DNA of 64,000 nt from an uncultured Candidatus Binatia bacterium (GCA_965213675.1 OZ243916.1:1632001-1696000), one strand, 5' to 3'. Shown: positions 8,413 to 19,293, numbered from the stretch's first letter. The notes: a model not told the origin generated them from the sequence alone. Made by a program: numbers and translations.

Positions 8413-9960
8413 ATGACCAAACTCAGGCTCCCCATCGGCATTCAGACGCTCCGCAAGATTAGAGAACAGAACTGCTACTACGTAGACAAGACGCCGTGGG
8501 TACGTGCGTTGATCGACGAGGGCTCGCTGTTCTTTCTCTCCCGCCCGCGCCGCTTCGGAAAGAGCCTGTTTCTGGACACCCTGAAGGAATTCTTCGAGGG
8601 CAACGAGTCACTCTTTCGCGGCCTTTACATCCACGAAGGATGGGACTGGTCCGTGCGTCATCCGGTGCTGCGGCTGAGCTTCGGCAGTGGCAACTTCAAG
8701 GAGCCCGGCCAGGTCCGTGCGAGCCTCATGGCGCAACTCGACGCGGTCGAACGCCGCACGGGCACAGCATCCCCCTACCCTGCCGCACCGCAACGTTTCG
8801 GCGATTTGCTGGAACAGTTGCACCACCAGACGGGGCGGCCAGTCGTGGTGCTGGTCGACGAGTACGACAAGCCGATCCTCGACACGCTGGACACACCGGA
8901 TATCGCCCGGTCAAACCGTGATTCCCTGCGCGGCCTCTACGGCGTCATCAAGGACTGCGACGCGCACATCCGGTTCGCCTTCCTTACCGGCGTGAGCAAG
9001 TTTTCCAAGGTCAGCCTGTTCTCAGGGCTCAACAACCTCAAGGACCTGACCCTGGATCCGCGCTATTCCGCGGTGTGCGGCTACACCGACACCGACCTCG
9101 ACAGCGTGTTCGCGCCGGAACTGCCGGGGCTGGATCGGGAGCAGATTCGTCATTGGTACAACGGGTACGGCTGGCTGGGGGACGAGAAAGTCTACAATCC
9201 CTTCGACATCCTCTTGTTGTTCGACCGGCGCAAGTTCGAGTCCTGGTGGTTCGAGACCGGCACGCCCTCGTTCCTGGTGGAGACCCTGTTCAAGCGACGG
9301 GTCAGCACGCTGGCCCTCGAAAACATGCTCGGCACCGACGACCTGCTGTCGCGATTCGATGTCGACGACATCGCCACCGAAGCCCTGCTGTTCCAGACGG
9401 GGTACCTGACGGTCAAGGGTGAGCAGGACCTGGGCGGCAAGCCGGTCTATCGACTGGCTTATCCCAATCGGGAAGTACGTGAGAGCCTGAACCGGAGTCT
9501 CCTGGGCCATTTGGTGCAGGACCCCTCGCGCCAGACGGCCAACAGCATTCAACTCTACCGCCTGCTGGAAGGCAACGACTTCGATGGTCTCGGAACTCTG
9601 TTCCAGGCGTTCTTCAGCAGCATCCCGTACCAATGGTACACGAACAATGACATCGCCGAATACGAAGGTTTCCACGCCAGCGTGTTCTACTCCTACTTCG
9701 CCGCGCAGGGATTCGACATCACGGTGGAGGACAGCAGCACGCACGGACGCGTGGACATGGCCGTACGCTTCAACGGCAACGTTTATCTTTTCGAGTTCAA
9801 GGTGGTCGAGATGACTCCCGCGGGAGCGGCCATGGCCCAATTGAAGAACCGGCGTTACGCCGACAAGTACCGCGGCCTCGGCCGGCCCATCTGGCTCATC
9901 GGCATCGAGTTCAGCAAGGACACGCGCAACGTGGCGGCGTTCGAGGTGGAGCGGGGGTGA
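8413..9960 (+). CDS. AAA-ATPase-like protein with C-terminal PD-(D/E)XK nuclease (DUF1703 type)
   Basis: LPIGIQ, YYVDKT, SRPRRFGKSL, VDEYDKP, GRVD...FEFK. Confidence 0.92.
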   Translation: MTKLRLPIGIQTLRKIREQNCYYVDKTPWVRALIDEGSLFFLSRPRRFGKSLFLDTLKEFFEGNESLFRGLYIHEGWDWSVRHPVLRLSFGSGNFKEPGQVRASLMAQLDAVERRTGTASPYPAAPQRFGDLLEQLHHQTGRPVVVLVDEYDKPILDTLDTPDIARSNRDSLRGLYGVIKDCDAHIRFAFLTGVSKFSKVSLFSGLNNLKDLTLDPRYSAVCGYTDTDLDSVFAPELPGLDREQIRHWYNGYGWLGDEKVYNPFDILLLFDRRKFESWWFETGTPSFLVETLFKRRVSTLALENMLGTDDLLSRFDVDDIATEALLFQTGYLTVKGEQDLGGKPVYRLAYPNREVRESLNRSLLGHLVQDPSRQTANSIQLYRLLEGNDFDGLGTLFQAFFSSIPYQWYTNNDIAEYEGFHASVFYSYFAAQGFDITVEDSSTHGRVDMAVRFNGNVYLFEFKVVEMTPAGAAMAQLKNRRYADKYRGLGRPIWLIGIEFSKDTRNVAAFEVERG

Positions 9961-10032
9961 GGGACGGCCGCCCCGTGGCAGGGCCTTGACCCGACAGCCG
10001 TACCCGCGCGGGAGTCCACAGGATAGACACCG

Positions 10033-10788
10033 ATGCCGGACGACACCACCACGGCGCTATTCTTCGAGTTGTTCAGCGGGTTGCCGCGCCAAGGACCCGG
10101 TGATGCGGTCAGCACGCTCCGGGCCCTCTCCCTGGTTTCCGACGTCGGCCCCGAGACCCGCATTCTCGACGTCGGCTGCGGCACCGGACTGCAAACACGG
10201 GTGCTGGCGCGGAACTCGCCGGCGAGCATCGTTGCGGTGGACAACCACCCGCCGTTCGTCGACTTCCTCGATCAGGAAGCGCGCCGGATCGGATTCGCGG
10301 ACCGTCTGGAGGCGCGCGTCGCCGACATGCAAAGCCTCGAGTTCGCGGACGCCTCGTTCGACCTGATCTGGTGCGAGGGCGCCATCTACATAGCGGGTGT
10401 CGAGGCCGCTCTGCATGATTGGCGCCGCCTGCTCAAGCGCGGCGGGCACGTGGCTTTCTCCGAAGTCTTCTGGACAAAGCCCGACCCGCCGGCGGAATGC
10501 CTGTCATTCTGGGAACAGGAATACCCCGCCATACGCGACGTGCCGGCCCTTCTGAAGGCCATCGACGGGTGCGGGTACGAGACTGTGGGGCACTTCACGC
10601 TGCCCCGTTCGGCGTGGTGGGATGACTACTATGGTCCGCTCGAACAAAACGTGACGGCCTTTCGAGCGCGTCACCACAGCCAACCCGAGGCGCAGGAATT
10701 GGCGGACTGTACTCAGCGCGAGATCGACATCTGGAAGGCGTACTCGGGCTACTACAGCTACGGGTTCTTCGTGGCGCGCGTCCGGTGA
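10033..10788 (+). CDS. Class I SAM-dependent methyltransferase
   Basis: ILDVGCGTG and FDLIWCEGAIY. Confidence 0.9.
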   Translation: MPDDTTTALFFELFSGLPRQGPGDAVSTLRALSLVSDVGPETRILDVGCGTGLQTRVLARNSPASIVAVDNHPPFVDFLDQEARRIGFADRLEARVADMQSLEFADASFDLIWCEGAIYIAGVEAALHDWRRLLKRGGHVAFSEVFWTKPDPPAECLSFWEQEYPAIRDVPALLKAIDGCGYETVGHFTLPRSAWWDDYYGPLEQNVTAFRARHHSQPEAQELADCTQREIDIWKAYSGYYSYGFFVARVR

Positions 10789-10892
10789 CCCCGATAGGCC
10801 GTGAGGAAAGGGCCCAGACGACCGGCGATACAGACCGCACGTCCGGGTCATGCCTTCATCCCTTCCTGCCGCAGGGGTCCACAAGGACAATC

Positions 10893-12107
10893 CTACACCA
10901 GCACCCCCTCGTCCTTCCACTTGCCGATGGCGGCCTCGTCGTAGCCGAGCACATCCCGCATGACCTGCTCAGTGTGCTCGCCGAGGTTCGGGGTGAGCGG
11001 GATTTCTTCCTCCGGCTGGTCCTTGAAGATGATCCCGCCCCGGGGCAGCTCGAAGGGGCCGATGGGGGAGTCGTCGTATTTCTGGAAGTAGTCCCGGTGG
11101 CGGAGCTGGGGGTCGTGGCAGAGGTCGGTGCCGTTCTGCACCACTCCGGCCGGGACCCCGGCGGCCTGCAGGCGGTGGGCGACGTCCTCGACGGTCTGGG
11201 TGGCGAGCCAGTCGGACATGATGGCGTCCAACTCGTCGCCATGGCGGCGCCGCTCGACGCAGGTGGCGAAGCGGCTGTCGCCGGCCAGCGCCTCGTTGCC
11301 CATGACGCCGCACAGGCGCCGCCACTCGTCGTCGCTGTTGACCGACACCACGCACCAGCGCTCGTCACCCTCACAACGGTAGCAGCCGTGCGGGGCGGCG
11401 GTGAGGCTCCGGTTGCCCTGGGGCTCGGCATCGACGCCGTTGATGCTGGACTCCAGGTAGCTGGCGCCCAAGGTATAGGCGGTCACCTCGCCCTGGGACA
11501 CGTCGATGGAGCAGCCCTTGCCAGTGAGCTTCTGGCGAAGCAGCGCAGCCATCATGATGGTGGGCGCGGAGATGAAGCCGAGATGGTCGGGATAGACGCC
11601 CTGGCTGCCGATGGGGCGGTCCTGTCCAGGATGGTTCCACAGGTAGGTCATGCCGCTGAAGGAATTGAGATTGAACCCCCAGGTGCCGTACCAGTTCTTG
11701 GGTCCGGTTTCGCCGAGGCCCGGCAGCTTGAGGATGATGATGGATGGGTTGACCTTTCTGAGCTCGTCGTCGCCGAGCCCGAGCCGGCCCAGCACCTGGG
11801 GCCGGAAGTTCACCAGCACCGCGTTGGACTTGGCCGCCAGCTCCTTGATGATCCGCTTGCCGTCGTCGTGCTTGATGTTGACGGTCATGGAGCGGATGGC
11901 CAGGTTGCACTCGATGAAGCGCGGCGCGGCGTTGATGTCGCCCGCCGCGCCGTAGTGCCGGAAGGTGTCGAGGCCGCCGGGGTACGATTCCACCTTGATG
12001 ACCTCGGCGCCGTACTGGGCCAGCAGCCGGCCGGCATAGGGTCCGGCGTATCCGGTGGTGAACGCGATGATCCGGACGCCTTCGAGTATCCTGTTGGGAC
12101 TGGGCAT
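10893..12107 (-). CDS. CaiB/BaiF family III CoA-transferase
   Basis: LEGVRII...AGPYAGRLLAQYGAEVIKVE, PHGCYRC, PNLGEHT. Confidence 0.9.
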   Translation of the reverse strand: MPSPNRILEGVRIIAFTTGYAGPYAGRLLAQYGAEVIKVESYPGGLDTFRHYGAAGDINAAPRFIECNLAIRSMTVNIKHDDGKRIIKELAAKSNAVLVNFRPQVLGRLGLGDDELRKVNPSIIILKLPGLGETGPKNWYGTWGFNLNSFSGMTYLWNHPGQDRPIGSQGVYPDHLGFISAPTIMMAALLRQKLTGKGCSIDVSQGEVTAYTLGASYLESSINGVDAEPQGNRSLTAAPHGCYRCEGDERWCVVSVNSDDEWRRLCGVMGNEALAGDSRFATCVERRRHGDELDAIMSDWLATQTVEDVAHRLQAAGVPAGVVQNGTDLCHDPQLRHRDYFQKYDDSPIGPFELPRGGIIFKDQPEEEIPLTPNLGEHTEQVMRDVLGYDEAAIGKWKDEGVLV

Positions 12108-13303
12108 CAGATGACCCCCTCCGCGGCCAGCACCCCCATGTCCTCCTCGCTCAACCCGAGGTCGCCGCCGAGAACCTCCGCGTTGTGCTGGCCCAGCATG
12201 GGCGCGGGCCGTGGCTCGCGGCGCTCGCCGTCCAGCAGGAACGGCGCCCCCGGCTGGGAGAAGGAGCCCAGCACCGGATGCGACACCGTGCCGAAGAAAC
12301 CCCGCTCCACGATATGCGGGTCCTCCATGAAGTCCCGCGGCGAGTTCACCGGGAGCGCCGGAAGGCCGTGCTTCTGGAGCAGCACGGACAGTTCCTCCTT
12401 GCCGTACCGGGAGGTGAACGACGCCACCATGGGGTTCAGCCAGCCCGCGGCCGCGCGCCGGTTGAGGTTGACCAGCAGCTCCGGGTCGTCCAGCTCCGCC
12501 GGATGCCCTTCCCACATGTCGAGGAAGATGGGCCAGTGCCGCTGGGTGGCGAAGAACGAGATCCAGCCGTCCTTGCACGGGAACAGGTTGGCGGGGGCCA
12601 CGTGCTGGTGCTGGCTGCCGGCGCGCTTCATGAGACGCCCCTCCGACGACCAGGTGAAGGCCACGTGCTCGTGGAGCGCCATGCTGGCCTGCACCGAGGC
12701 ATCGATATGCGCGCCCAGGCCCTTGGTCTCCCGCTGCCAGAGGGCCAGCAGTGTTCCCAGGGCGGAATAGAGACTGGTGTAGACGTAGGACTGGCCGCCG
12801 GGAGGCACGCACGGAGTCATGCTGGGGTCGCCGCTGATGAAGAGCAGCCCGCCCATGGCGTTGGCCACCAAGTCCGGCGCGCGGTAGTCGCGGTAGGGTC
12901 CGTCCTGGCCGAAGGCCGAGATGGAGACCAGCACCAGCCTGGGGCGGCGCGCCACCATCTCGCCGTAACCGATGCCCAAGTCGTCCAGATAGCCGGGATC
13001 GTGGCTGTCGATGACCACGTCGGCCTTTTCCACCAGGTCCAGCAGGATGCGGCGCCCGGTTTCCCGAGACAGGTCCAGGGTGATGCCGCGCTTGCCGGAG
13101 TTGAAGTAGGCGAAGCGCAGGCTGCCCTCGCGGTTGCTGTGTCCCTTGGCAAAGGGCGGCTCGGTGCGGAGGTCGTCCCCCGACGGCGGCTCGACCTTCA
13201 CCACGTCCATGCCCAGGTCCGCCAGCACCTTGCCGCAAAAGGCGCCCATGGCGGTGGTCAGGTCGAGGACCCGGAAGCCGGAGAGCAGGGCCTCGCCGCT
13301 CAT
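12107..13303 (-). CDS. CaiB/BaiF family III CoA-transferase
   Basis: RVLDLT...LADLGMDVVKVEPP, NSGKRGITLDL, APMLGQHN. Confidence 0.9.
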   Translation of the reverse strand: MSGEALLSGFRVLDLTTAMGAFCGKVLADLGMDVVKVEPPSGDDLRTEPPFAKGHSNREGSLRFAYFNSGKRGITLDLSRETGRRILLDLVEKADVVIDSHDPGYLDDLGIGYGEMVARRPRLVLVSISAFGQDGPYRDYRAPDLVANAMGGLLFISGDPSMTPCVPPGGQSYVYTSLYSALGTLLALWQRETKGLGAHIDASVQASMALHEHVAFTWSSEGRLMKRAGSQHQHVAPANLFPCKDGWISFFATQRHWPIFLDMWEGHPAELDDPELLVNLNRRAAAGWLNPMVASFTSRYGKEELSVLLQKHGLPALPVNSPRDFMEDPHIVERGFFGTVSHPVLGSFSQPGAPFLLDGERREPRPAPMLGQHNAEVLGGDLGLSEEDMGVLAAEGVI

Positions 13304-14469
13304 TGGCCCTTGGCGCGGGCGCGCAGCAGGTTCTGGGCCATGCGCCAGCGCAACACCTCGGTGGCCCCCTCGGTGATGCGGATGCTGCGCAACTGGCGGT
13401 ACCACCACTCCAGCGGCAGTTCCTTGGTGAGGCCGATGCCGCCGTGGACCTGGATGGAGCGGTCCACCACGCGGCTGGCCATCTCCGTGCACGTACACTT
13501 GACCATGTAGGCCAGGTTGCGGACGTCCTCACCGCGGTCGTGGCGCCAAGCACATTCGTAGACCAGGTTGCGCGCCATGTGCAGCTCCATGACCGAGTCG
13601 GCGATCATGAACTGAACGGCCTGCCGTTCCGACAGCGGCTGGCCGAAGGTGGTGCGGATCTGGCAGTAGTCCATCATCATGTCCAGGGCGCGCTCGGCGA
13701 TGCCGATGCAGCGGGCGCCGTGGCCCTTGACGCGCCCCTCCTGGAGCCAGCCCTGGGCCAGCCGGAAGCCCTGCCCCGCCTCGCCCACGAGGTTGGACGC
13801 CGGTATCCGGGCATTCTCGAATAGAATCTGGAACGGGGCGTCGCCCATCATGGTGGGCCAGCGCCGCTCGATGGTGACGCCGGGGGTATCCATGTCCACG
13901 AGGAAGGTGGAGATGCCGCCCCGGGCGCGTTTCTCGGGGTCGGTCACCGCCATGACCTGGGCGAAGTCGGAGAAGCCCGCATTGCTGATGAACCGCTTGG
14001 TGCCGTTCAACACCCAATGGTCGCCGTCCAGCACCGCCCGGGTCTTCATGCCCGCGGGGTCGCCGCCGGCGTCGGGCTCGGTCTGGGCGAAGCAGGCGGT
14101 CTTCTCGCCCCGGAGCACCGGGTAGAGGTAGCGCTCCTTCTGCTCGTCGTTGAGCTCGAACAGGATGCCGCGGGCCTCCGGGCCGAAGATCGGGTTGTTG
14201 CGGAAGGGGATGGAAATGGTCCGGGATACCTCCTCCTGGATCACGCAGCGCGTCAGCAGGTCGAGCCCGGCGCCGCCGTACTCTTCGGGCACGTCGAGCA
14301 TCCAGAACCCCAGCGCCCGGGTCTTTTCCTGGAGCGGCTTGTAGAGTTCCTCGGGCATCTCCTCGCCCTCTGGGCGAAACTCCCGCTCCAGCGGGATCAG
14401 CTCCCGGTCCACGAAATCGCGCATGGTCTTCTTGATGATCTTGATCTCTTCGGGAAGCTCGAAATCCAT
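13300..14469 (-). CDS. Acyl-CoA dehydrogenase
   Basis: [35 protein letters not shown]. Confidence 0.93.
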   Translation of the reverse strand: MDFELPEEIKIIKKTMRDFVDRELIPLEREFRPEGEEMPEELYKPLQEKTRALGFWMLDVPEEYGGAGLDLLTRCVIQEEVSRTISIPFRNNPIFGPEARGILFELNDEQKERYLYPVLRGEKTACFAQTEPDAGGDPAGMKTRAVLDGDHWVLNGTKRFISNAGFSDFAQVMAVTDPEKRARGGISTFLVDMDTPGVTIERRWPTMMGDAPFQILFENARIPASNLVGEAGQGFRLAQGWLQEGRVKGHGARCIGIAERALDMMMDYCQIRTTFGQPLSERQAVQFMIADSVMELHMARNLVYECAWRHDRGEDVRNLAYMVKCTCTEMASRVVDRSIQVHGGIGLTKELPLEWWYRQLRSIRITEGATEVLRWRMAQNLLRARAKGQ

Positions 14470-14513
14470 TCCTCGTCTCCTCCTTGCTCGCTTCGGTCGG
14501 ACAGATGGCTCGT

Positions 14514-14543
14514 AACATAAGCCCGTGCCCGTCTGGAGGTCAA
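14514..14543 (-). promoter_or_regulatory. Putative sigma70 promoter for the acyl-CoA dehydrogenase operon
   Basis: TTGACC-18-TATGTT on the minus strand. Confidence 0.45.
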
Positions 14544-14553
14544 GCCGCTCGCA

Positions 14554-14582
14554 TTGACAAGCGCGGGGGCAGTGTCTATGTT
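14554..14582 (+). promoter_or_regulatory. Putative sigma70 promoter for the fmdB-like gene
   Basis: TTGACA-17-TATGTT. Confidence 0.55.
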
Positions 14583-14612
14583 TCCTCAAACCTACCCGCG
14601 CGAGGCCAGCTT

Positions 14613-14927
14613 ATGCCCATATACGAGTACAAGTGTCCGGAATGTGGTGTGTTTGAGGTGACGCAGCGGATCACAGAGGATCCGCTGGATGTGTGTCCGA
14701 CCTGTCAGGACGCGGTCAAGAAGCTCATCTCGAACACGTCGTTTCAACTCAAAGGCACCGGTTGGTACATCACCGATTACGGGCGCGGCAAGGGCGACAA
14801 CGGCGACAAGCGCGAGACCAACGGGACCAAGGATTCATCCGACTCCAAATCCACGGAGAACAAGTCGTCCGACAAGTCTTCGGACAAGTCCTCGTCCGGC
14901 GACAGCGCCTCCAGCAGCGCGTCCTGA
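14613..14927 (+). CDS. FmdB-family zinc-ribbon protein
   Basis: [12 protein letters not shown]...CPTC...[13 protein letters not shown]; Ser/Asp-rich tail. Confidence 0.9.
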   Translation: MPIYEYKCPECGVFEVTQRITEDPLDVCPTCQDAVKKLISNTSFQLKGTGWYITDYGRGKGDNGDKRETNGTKDSSDSKSTENKSSDKSSDKSSSGDSASSSAS

Positions 14928-15017
14928 TCCACACGCGGGCATGTCCCGACGGCCACCGCGTGGCTGCCACCCCACACGGCTCATCGAATCCCTGCTGCTC
15001 TCGATGGCAAGGACCCC

Positions 15018-15821
15018 ATGAAAACGAAACCACTGGGAGGCACCGGCATCCGGCTACCCGAGATTGGCTTGGGGGCCTGGCAATACCGGGGCGGCGTCGC
15101 ACCCCTGCGGCGCGGCGTCGAGTTGGGAGCCAACCTCATCGATACCGCCGAAATGTACCGGACCGAAGACACCGTGGGCGAAGCCGTGCGCGACATGCGC
15201 GAGCGGGTGTTCGTCGCCAGCAAGGTATCCGGGGACCATCTCGGGTACGATCAGGTGCTGCGCGCGGCGGACGAGAGCCTCCGCCGGCTGGGCATCGACA
15301 CCATCGATCTCTACCAGATTCACTGGCCGAGCCGCAGCACTCCCATCGCGGAGACCCTGCGGGCCATGGAAACCCTGGTGGACACGGGGCGCGTCCGCTA
15401 CATCGGCGTCAGCAACTTCTCCACCGACGAGCTCGACGATGCGCGCTCGGCCATGAAACATCACCCCATCGTCTCGAATCAGGTCCTCTACAACCTCCGC
15501 CACCGCGAGATCGAGCGCTCGCTGATGCCCTACTGCCTGCGCCACGACGTCACGATCATCGCCTACACCCCGCTGGACAGTGGCAAACTGGCGGGCAAGC
15601 CCGGAATGTTCGCGGCCAGGGACGCCAGGGTGCTCCACGACGTTGCCGGAACGTACGGAAAAACCGCCGCTCAGGTCGCACTGAACTGGTGCACCGCCCA
15701 CGAAGGCGTCATCGCCATTCCCAAGTCCGACAGCATCGAACGCACGGAAGAGAACTGCGGCGCGTCGGACTGGCGCCTATCCCGAGAGGACATGGCACGG
15801 CTCGACCGCGCCTTCGCCTGA
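15018..15821 (+). CDS. Aldo/keto reductase
   Basis: IDTAEMY, IDLYQIHWP, IGVSNF, AIPKS. Confidence 0.93.
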   Translation: MKTKPLGGTGIRLPEIGLGAWQYRGGVAPLRRGVELGANLIDTAEMYRTEDTVGEAVRDMRERVFVASKVSGDHLGYDQVLRAADESLRRLGIDTIDLYQIHWPSRSTPIAETLRAMETLVDTGRVRYIGVSNFSTDELDDARSAMKHHPIVSNQVLYNLRHREIERSLMPYCLRHDVTIIAYTPLDSGKLAGKPGMFAARDARVLHDVAGTYGKTAAQVALNWCTAHEGVIAIPKSDSIERTEENCGASDWRLSREDMARLDRAFA

Positions 15822-15845
15822 GTTCCGAGAAATCGAGGAATTTTG

Positions 15846-17222
15846 ATGGACTTTCCCGCGCTTGACCGCACCGGCGCCATGGCGTTCTTTTCCGACTTCG
15901 GAAGAACGATCCACAACCCGCCGGGGATCCTCCACTGGACCCGCAAGGCCCGCGCCAAGGCCCGCATCAACGGCACCATCGGCTCGGCGCGAGGCGCCGA
16001 GAAGACCGTGTTTCCCGACGGCGGCGACCGTCCGATCACGCTGTGCACGCCGCTGATCCACTCGTTCTTCAACGGCCTGGACACCGAGGAGATTTTCCCG
16101 TACACGCCGGAGACCGGCACGCCCGCGTTTCGCGCCGCGTGGAGGCAATGGAACCTGGCGCGGGCGGGGGACGCGGCCGAGCGCCTGGAGCGGCAGATGA
16201 CGCAGCCGGTCCTCACCCCCGGCATTACCGCGGCCATCAGCATTTGCGCGCGCATGTTCGTGGACCCCGGCCGTTCCATCATCGTGGCCGACCGCCGCTG
16301 GGAAAACTACGACCATGTGCTCGAACGCAACCTGGGCCTCTCCGTTACGGACTTTCCGCTGCTCGGCGACGGCGACCTGAACGTCACCGGGTTGCTCGAC
16401 GCCATCGAGCGGGTGTGGCGCGGGCAGGACAACGCCGTGGTGCTGCTGAACTTTCCCAACAACCCCACGGGCTTCTGCCCGTCCGATGCCGCCGGGCACA
16501 AGCTCGCGGAGGAGCTGGACCGGCTCGCGGCCGGCACGGAGAAGCGCCTGGTGCTGCTGTTCGACGACGCCTACGAGAGCTACGTGTACGACCCCGGCGC
16601 CATGCAGTCTTCCCTCTTCTACCGCTGCCGGGCGCGCTCGAATCTGCTCCCGGTGAAGATTGACGGCGTCACCAAGGAACTGCTCTGGTACGGCGCGCGC
16701 GCGGGCGCCATCACCCTGGCCTGTCCAGACGAGTGGCTTTCCGGCGACGGCGCGGCCGTTGCCGGGGAACTCGACAACAAGTTCGGCGGGGTCATCCGCG
16801 GACTCGTCTCCAGCAGCGCCACGGTGACCCAATCCGTCGCCGCCAAGGCCATCGCGCAGATGGACCGGCTGCTGGACGAACGGCGCCGGACTTTCGACGT
16901 GCTGCAGCAGCGTTACCGCACCCTCAAGCGGGAGCTGGAGACCCTGGACACGGACCTCTTCACGGTGGAACCCTTCCACGGCGGCTTCTTCTGTTTCCTG
17001 AGCCTGCGTCCCGACTCGGGGCTCCGAGCCACCGACTTGGCCAACCACCTGCTCGACCACTACAGCGTCGGCACCGTCCCTTTCGAGGGCGAGAACCTGA
17101 ACGGCCTGCGCATCGCCTACTGCAGCGTCGAGAACAACGACTTGCCGGAGCTGTGCCGCAGCCTGGCCCAAGCCGTCAACGAACTGGGGCGCGGAGAGGC
17201 GCCGGCGCATGGGGCGGCTTGA
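15846..17222 (+). CDS. Class I/II PLP-dependent aminotransferase
   Basis: LNFPNNPTG, DDAY, KIDGVTKE..WYGAR. Confidence 0.88.
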   Translation: MDFPALDRTGAMAFFSDFGRTIHNPPGILHWTRKARAKARINGTIGSARGAEKTVFPDGGDRPITLCTPLIHSFFNGLDTEEIFPYTPETGTPAFRAAWRQWNLARAGDAAERLERQMTQPVLTPGITAAISICARMFVDPGRSIIVADRRWENYDHVLERNLGLSVTDFPLLGDGDLNVTGLLDAIERVWRGQDNAVVLLNFPNNPTGFCPSDAAGHKLAEELDRLAAGTEKRLVLLFDDAYESYVYDPGAMQSSLFYRCRARSNLLPVKIDGVTKELLWYGARAGAITLACPDEWLSGDGAAVAGELDNKFGGVIRGLVSSSATVTQSVAAKAIAQMDRLLDERRRTFDVLQQRYRTLKRELETLDTDLFTVEPFHGGFFCFLSLRPDSGLRATDLANHLLDHYSVGTVPFEGENLNGLRIAYCSVENNDLPELCRSLAQAVNELGRGEAPAHGAA

Positions 17223-17940
17223 CGGCAAGGTCGCCATCGTCACCGGAGCCAGCCGCGGCATCGGGCGGGCGGTGGCCTTGGAATTCGCGCGTCAAGGCGC
17301 GATCCTCGTCATCACCGGCGTGCGCGACCGCAGGGCGCTGGAGAGCGTGCGGGACGAACTGGTCTCGCTGGGCGCGGAGTGCATCGCGCGCATGGCGAAT
17401 GTGGGCCGGCGCGCCGACATGGACAGGCTGGCAGCGGAGACGGTGGAGCGCTGGGGCCGCGTGGATGTGCTGGTGAACAATGCGGGCGTGCTCCGGATGG
17501 CGCGCTTCGAGGACATCTCCGAAGAGCAATGGGACGAGACCCTGCGGGTGCACCTCAAGGGCGCATTCAACGGCATGCAGGCCGTGTTGCCGGTGATGAA
17601 GCGGCAGCGCGCCGGCAAGATCATCAACCTGGCCGGACCCGCCGCGTTGCGGCCATCCATCGGTGTCTCCGACTACGCCAGCGCCAAGGGCGGCATCATC
17701 ACGCTGACCTTCAACGTCGCCAACGAGATGAAGGCGTACAACATCCAGATCAACTGCATCTCCCCGGTGGCGGACACCCGCATGACCGACGCCATCGCGG
17801 AGTTCCGCGGACGCGAGTCAGGCTCGGCAACGCGCCCGAGCCCGGTGCCACCCGAAGCCGTGGCGCCGGCGTTCGTCTTCTTCGCGTGCAGCGACAGCGA
17901 TTACATCACGGGCGAAGTGCTGGGTTTCGGGCGGAAATAA
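17209..17940 (+). CDS. SDR family oxidoreductase (FabG-like)
   Basis: TGASRGIG, NNAG, YASAK. Confidence 0.92.
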   Translation: MGRLDGKVAIVTGASRGIGRAVALEFARQGAILVITGVRDRRALESVRDELVSLGAECIARMANVGRRADMDRLAAETVERWGRVDVLVNNAGVLRMARFEDISEEQWDETLRVHLKGAFNGMQAVLPVMKRQRAGKIINLAGPAALRPSIGVSDYASAKGGIITLTFNVANEMKAYNIQINCISPVADTRMTDAIAEFRGRESGSATRPSPVPPEAVAPAFVFFACSDSDYITGEVLGFGRK

Positions 17941-18059
17941 GCGGCTCCGCCTGGAGGGGCCACCGAATCGGCGGCAGCCCCGGGGATCTTCAGAAGTGCG
18001 GCGCTCCCGGCGGCAGCCCAGCCGCGCGCGGCGCGGCGCGATGGAAACGAGGTGAAACC

Positions 18060-19055
18060 ATGCTCCGAAGAACAGCGACCGCCTGGCTCGTCGCCAGCGC
18101 CCTCACTGCGCTGGCCGCCACCGCGGCGGCTCAACCCCTCGGCTATCAGGCGGTGCCCCGGGACGCGTTTCCGGTGTTCGACTACCCGAAGATGCTGAGC
18201 GCCGCGGAAGCGGAGAAACAGGAGGTTATCTTCGACCGCGACGTCGTCATCGGCGTGGCCCACAACGGCGAGGCCAAGGCCTACCCCATCACCATCATGG
18301 GGGTCCACGAATTGGGCAACGACACCATTGGAGGGGTGCCCATCGCGGTCTCCTGGTGACCGCTTTGCCAAACGTCTATCGTGTATAGACGCAAACTGAA
18401 CGACCGAGTGCTGAGCTTCGGCCACGCGGGCATTCTCTACGAGAACTCGTTCATCATGTACGACCGCGAAACCGAGTCGCTGTGGGTTCACGTCACCGGC
18501 GAGGCCGCGCACGGCGCGCTCAAGGGCCAGAGGCTCGACTTCATGCCTTCCACCGTCACATCCTGGGCCAACTGGAAGAAGAGCTACCCGTTCACCCAGG
18601 TGCTGCCGGGCTACCGGCGCGGCGGCTTCATGGGAACCTATGTCGGCCCCTTTGAGAGCGACATCCTGGGTCTGGCGGTGCTGGTGAACCTCAAGGCCAA
18701 GCTCTACCCCTACGAGACCCTGGCGCGGCAAAACCTCGTCAACGACGAGTTCAACGGCGCCAGGGTGGTGGTGTACTATTCGCCGGACGACGCCACCGCC
18801 ACGGCGTGGCGGCGGGAACTCGACGGCCGCGCGTTGACGTTCGAGCCATCGGACCGCAAGGACGGCCAGGGGAGTGTGCTGCTGCGCGACCTGGAGACCG
18901 GGAGCCTGTGGTCGTGGCTCCGCGGCGAGGCCGTGGAGGGAGAACTCAAGGGGCGGAAGCTCCGGCAACTCCTGTACAACCCCATCCTCAACGACCGCTT
19001 CGTGGCGTTCTACCCGGGCGCGCCGATCTTCGACACGGCGAGCCAGAATCCTTGA
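18060..19055 (+). CDS. DUF3179-family selenoprotein with signal peptide; Sec at UGA 18357-18359
   Basis: The two ORF-track pieces are in frame across a single TGA, giving VSW-U-PLC where the family has CPLC; LSFGHAG.LY...MYDRETESLW follows. Confidence 0.88.
18363..18396 (+). promoter_or_regulatory. Putative bacterial SECIS hairpin
   Basis: Stem CGTCTAT (18373-79)/ATAGACG (18385-91), loop CGTGT, possible lower stem TTTG/CAAA. Confidence 0.7.
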
Positions 19056-19203
19056 TGAGTCCGATCTTGACCCCAATGGCCGGTCGCCCCTGCGGGAGGT
19101 CGTCCGATCACGATACTCGCGGCTCAGGCTCCGGGCCGGTCCCGAGCTTGCCGGAGGGATCAGGACCCACGGAAAGACAATCCGCGGAATCCTGAACCGG
19201 ACA

Positions 19204-19238
19204 CCGTTCGTCCTGAGCGTAGCGAAGACGAAGGACGT
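19204..19238 (+). repeat. Intergenic repeat (GTCCTGAGCGTAGCGAA...CGAAGG family)
   Basis: A related inverted copy lies at 58141-58180. Confidence 0.55.
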
Positions 19239-19293
19239 GGAATCAAATCCGGCAGACTCCTAGCCGGCACCGGCAAATCGTTATATAAAGTCC

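Noticed and set aside
10893-13553. 886-aa ORF as a single fused protein
   Set aside because: Only the part from 12107 is a CoA-transferase; the rest is an alternative frame over the neighbouring genes.
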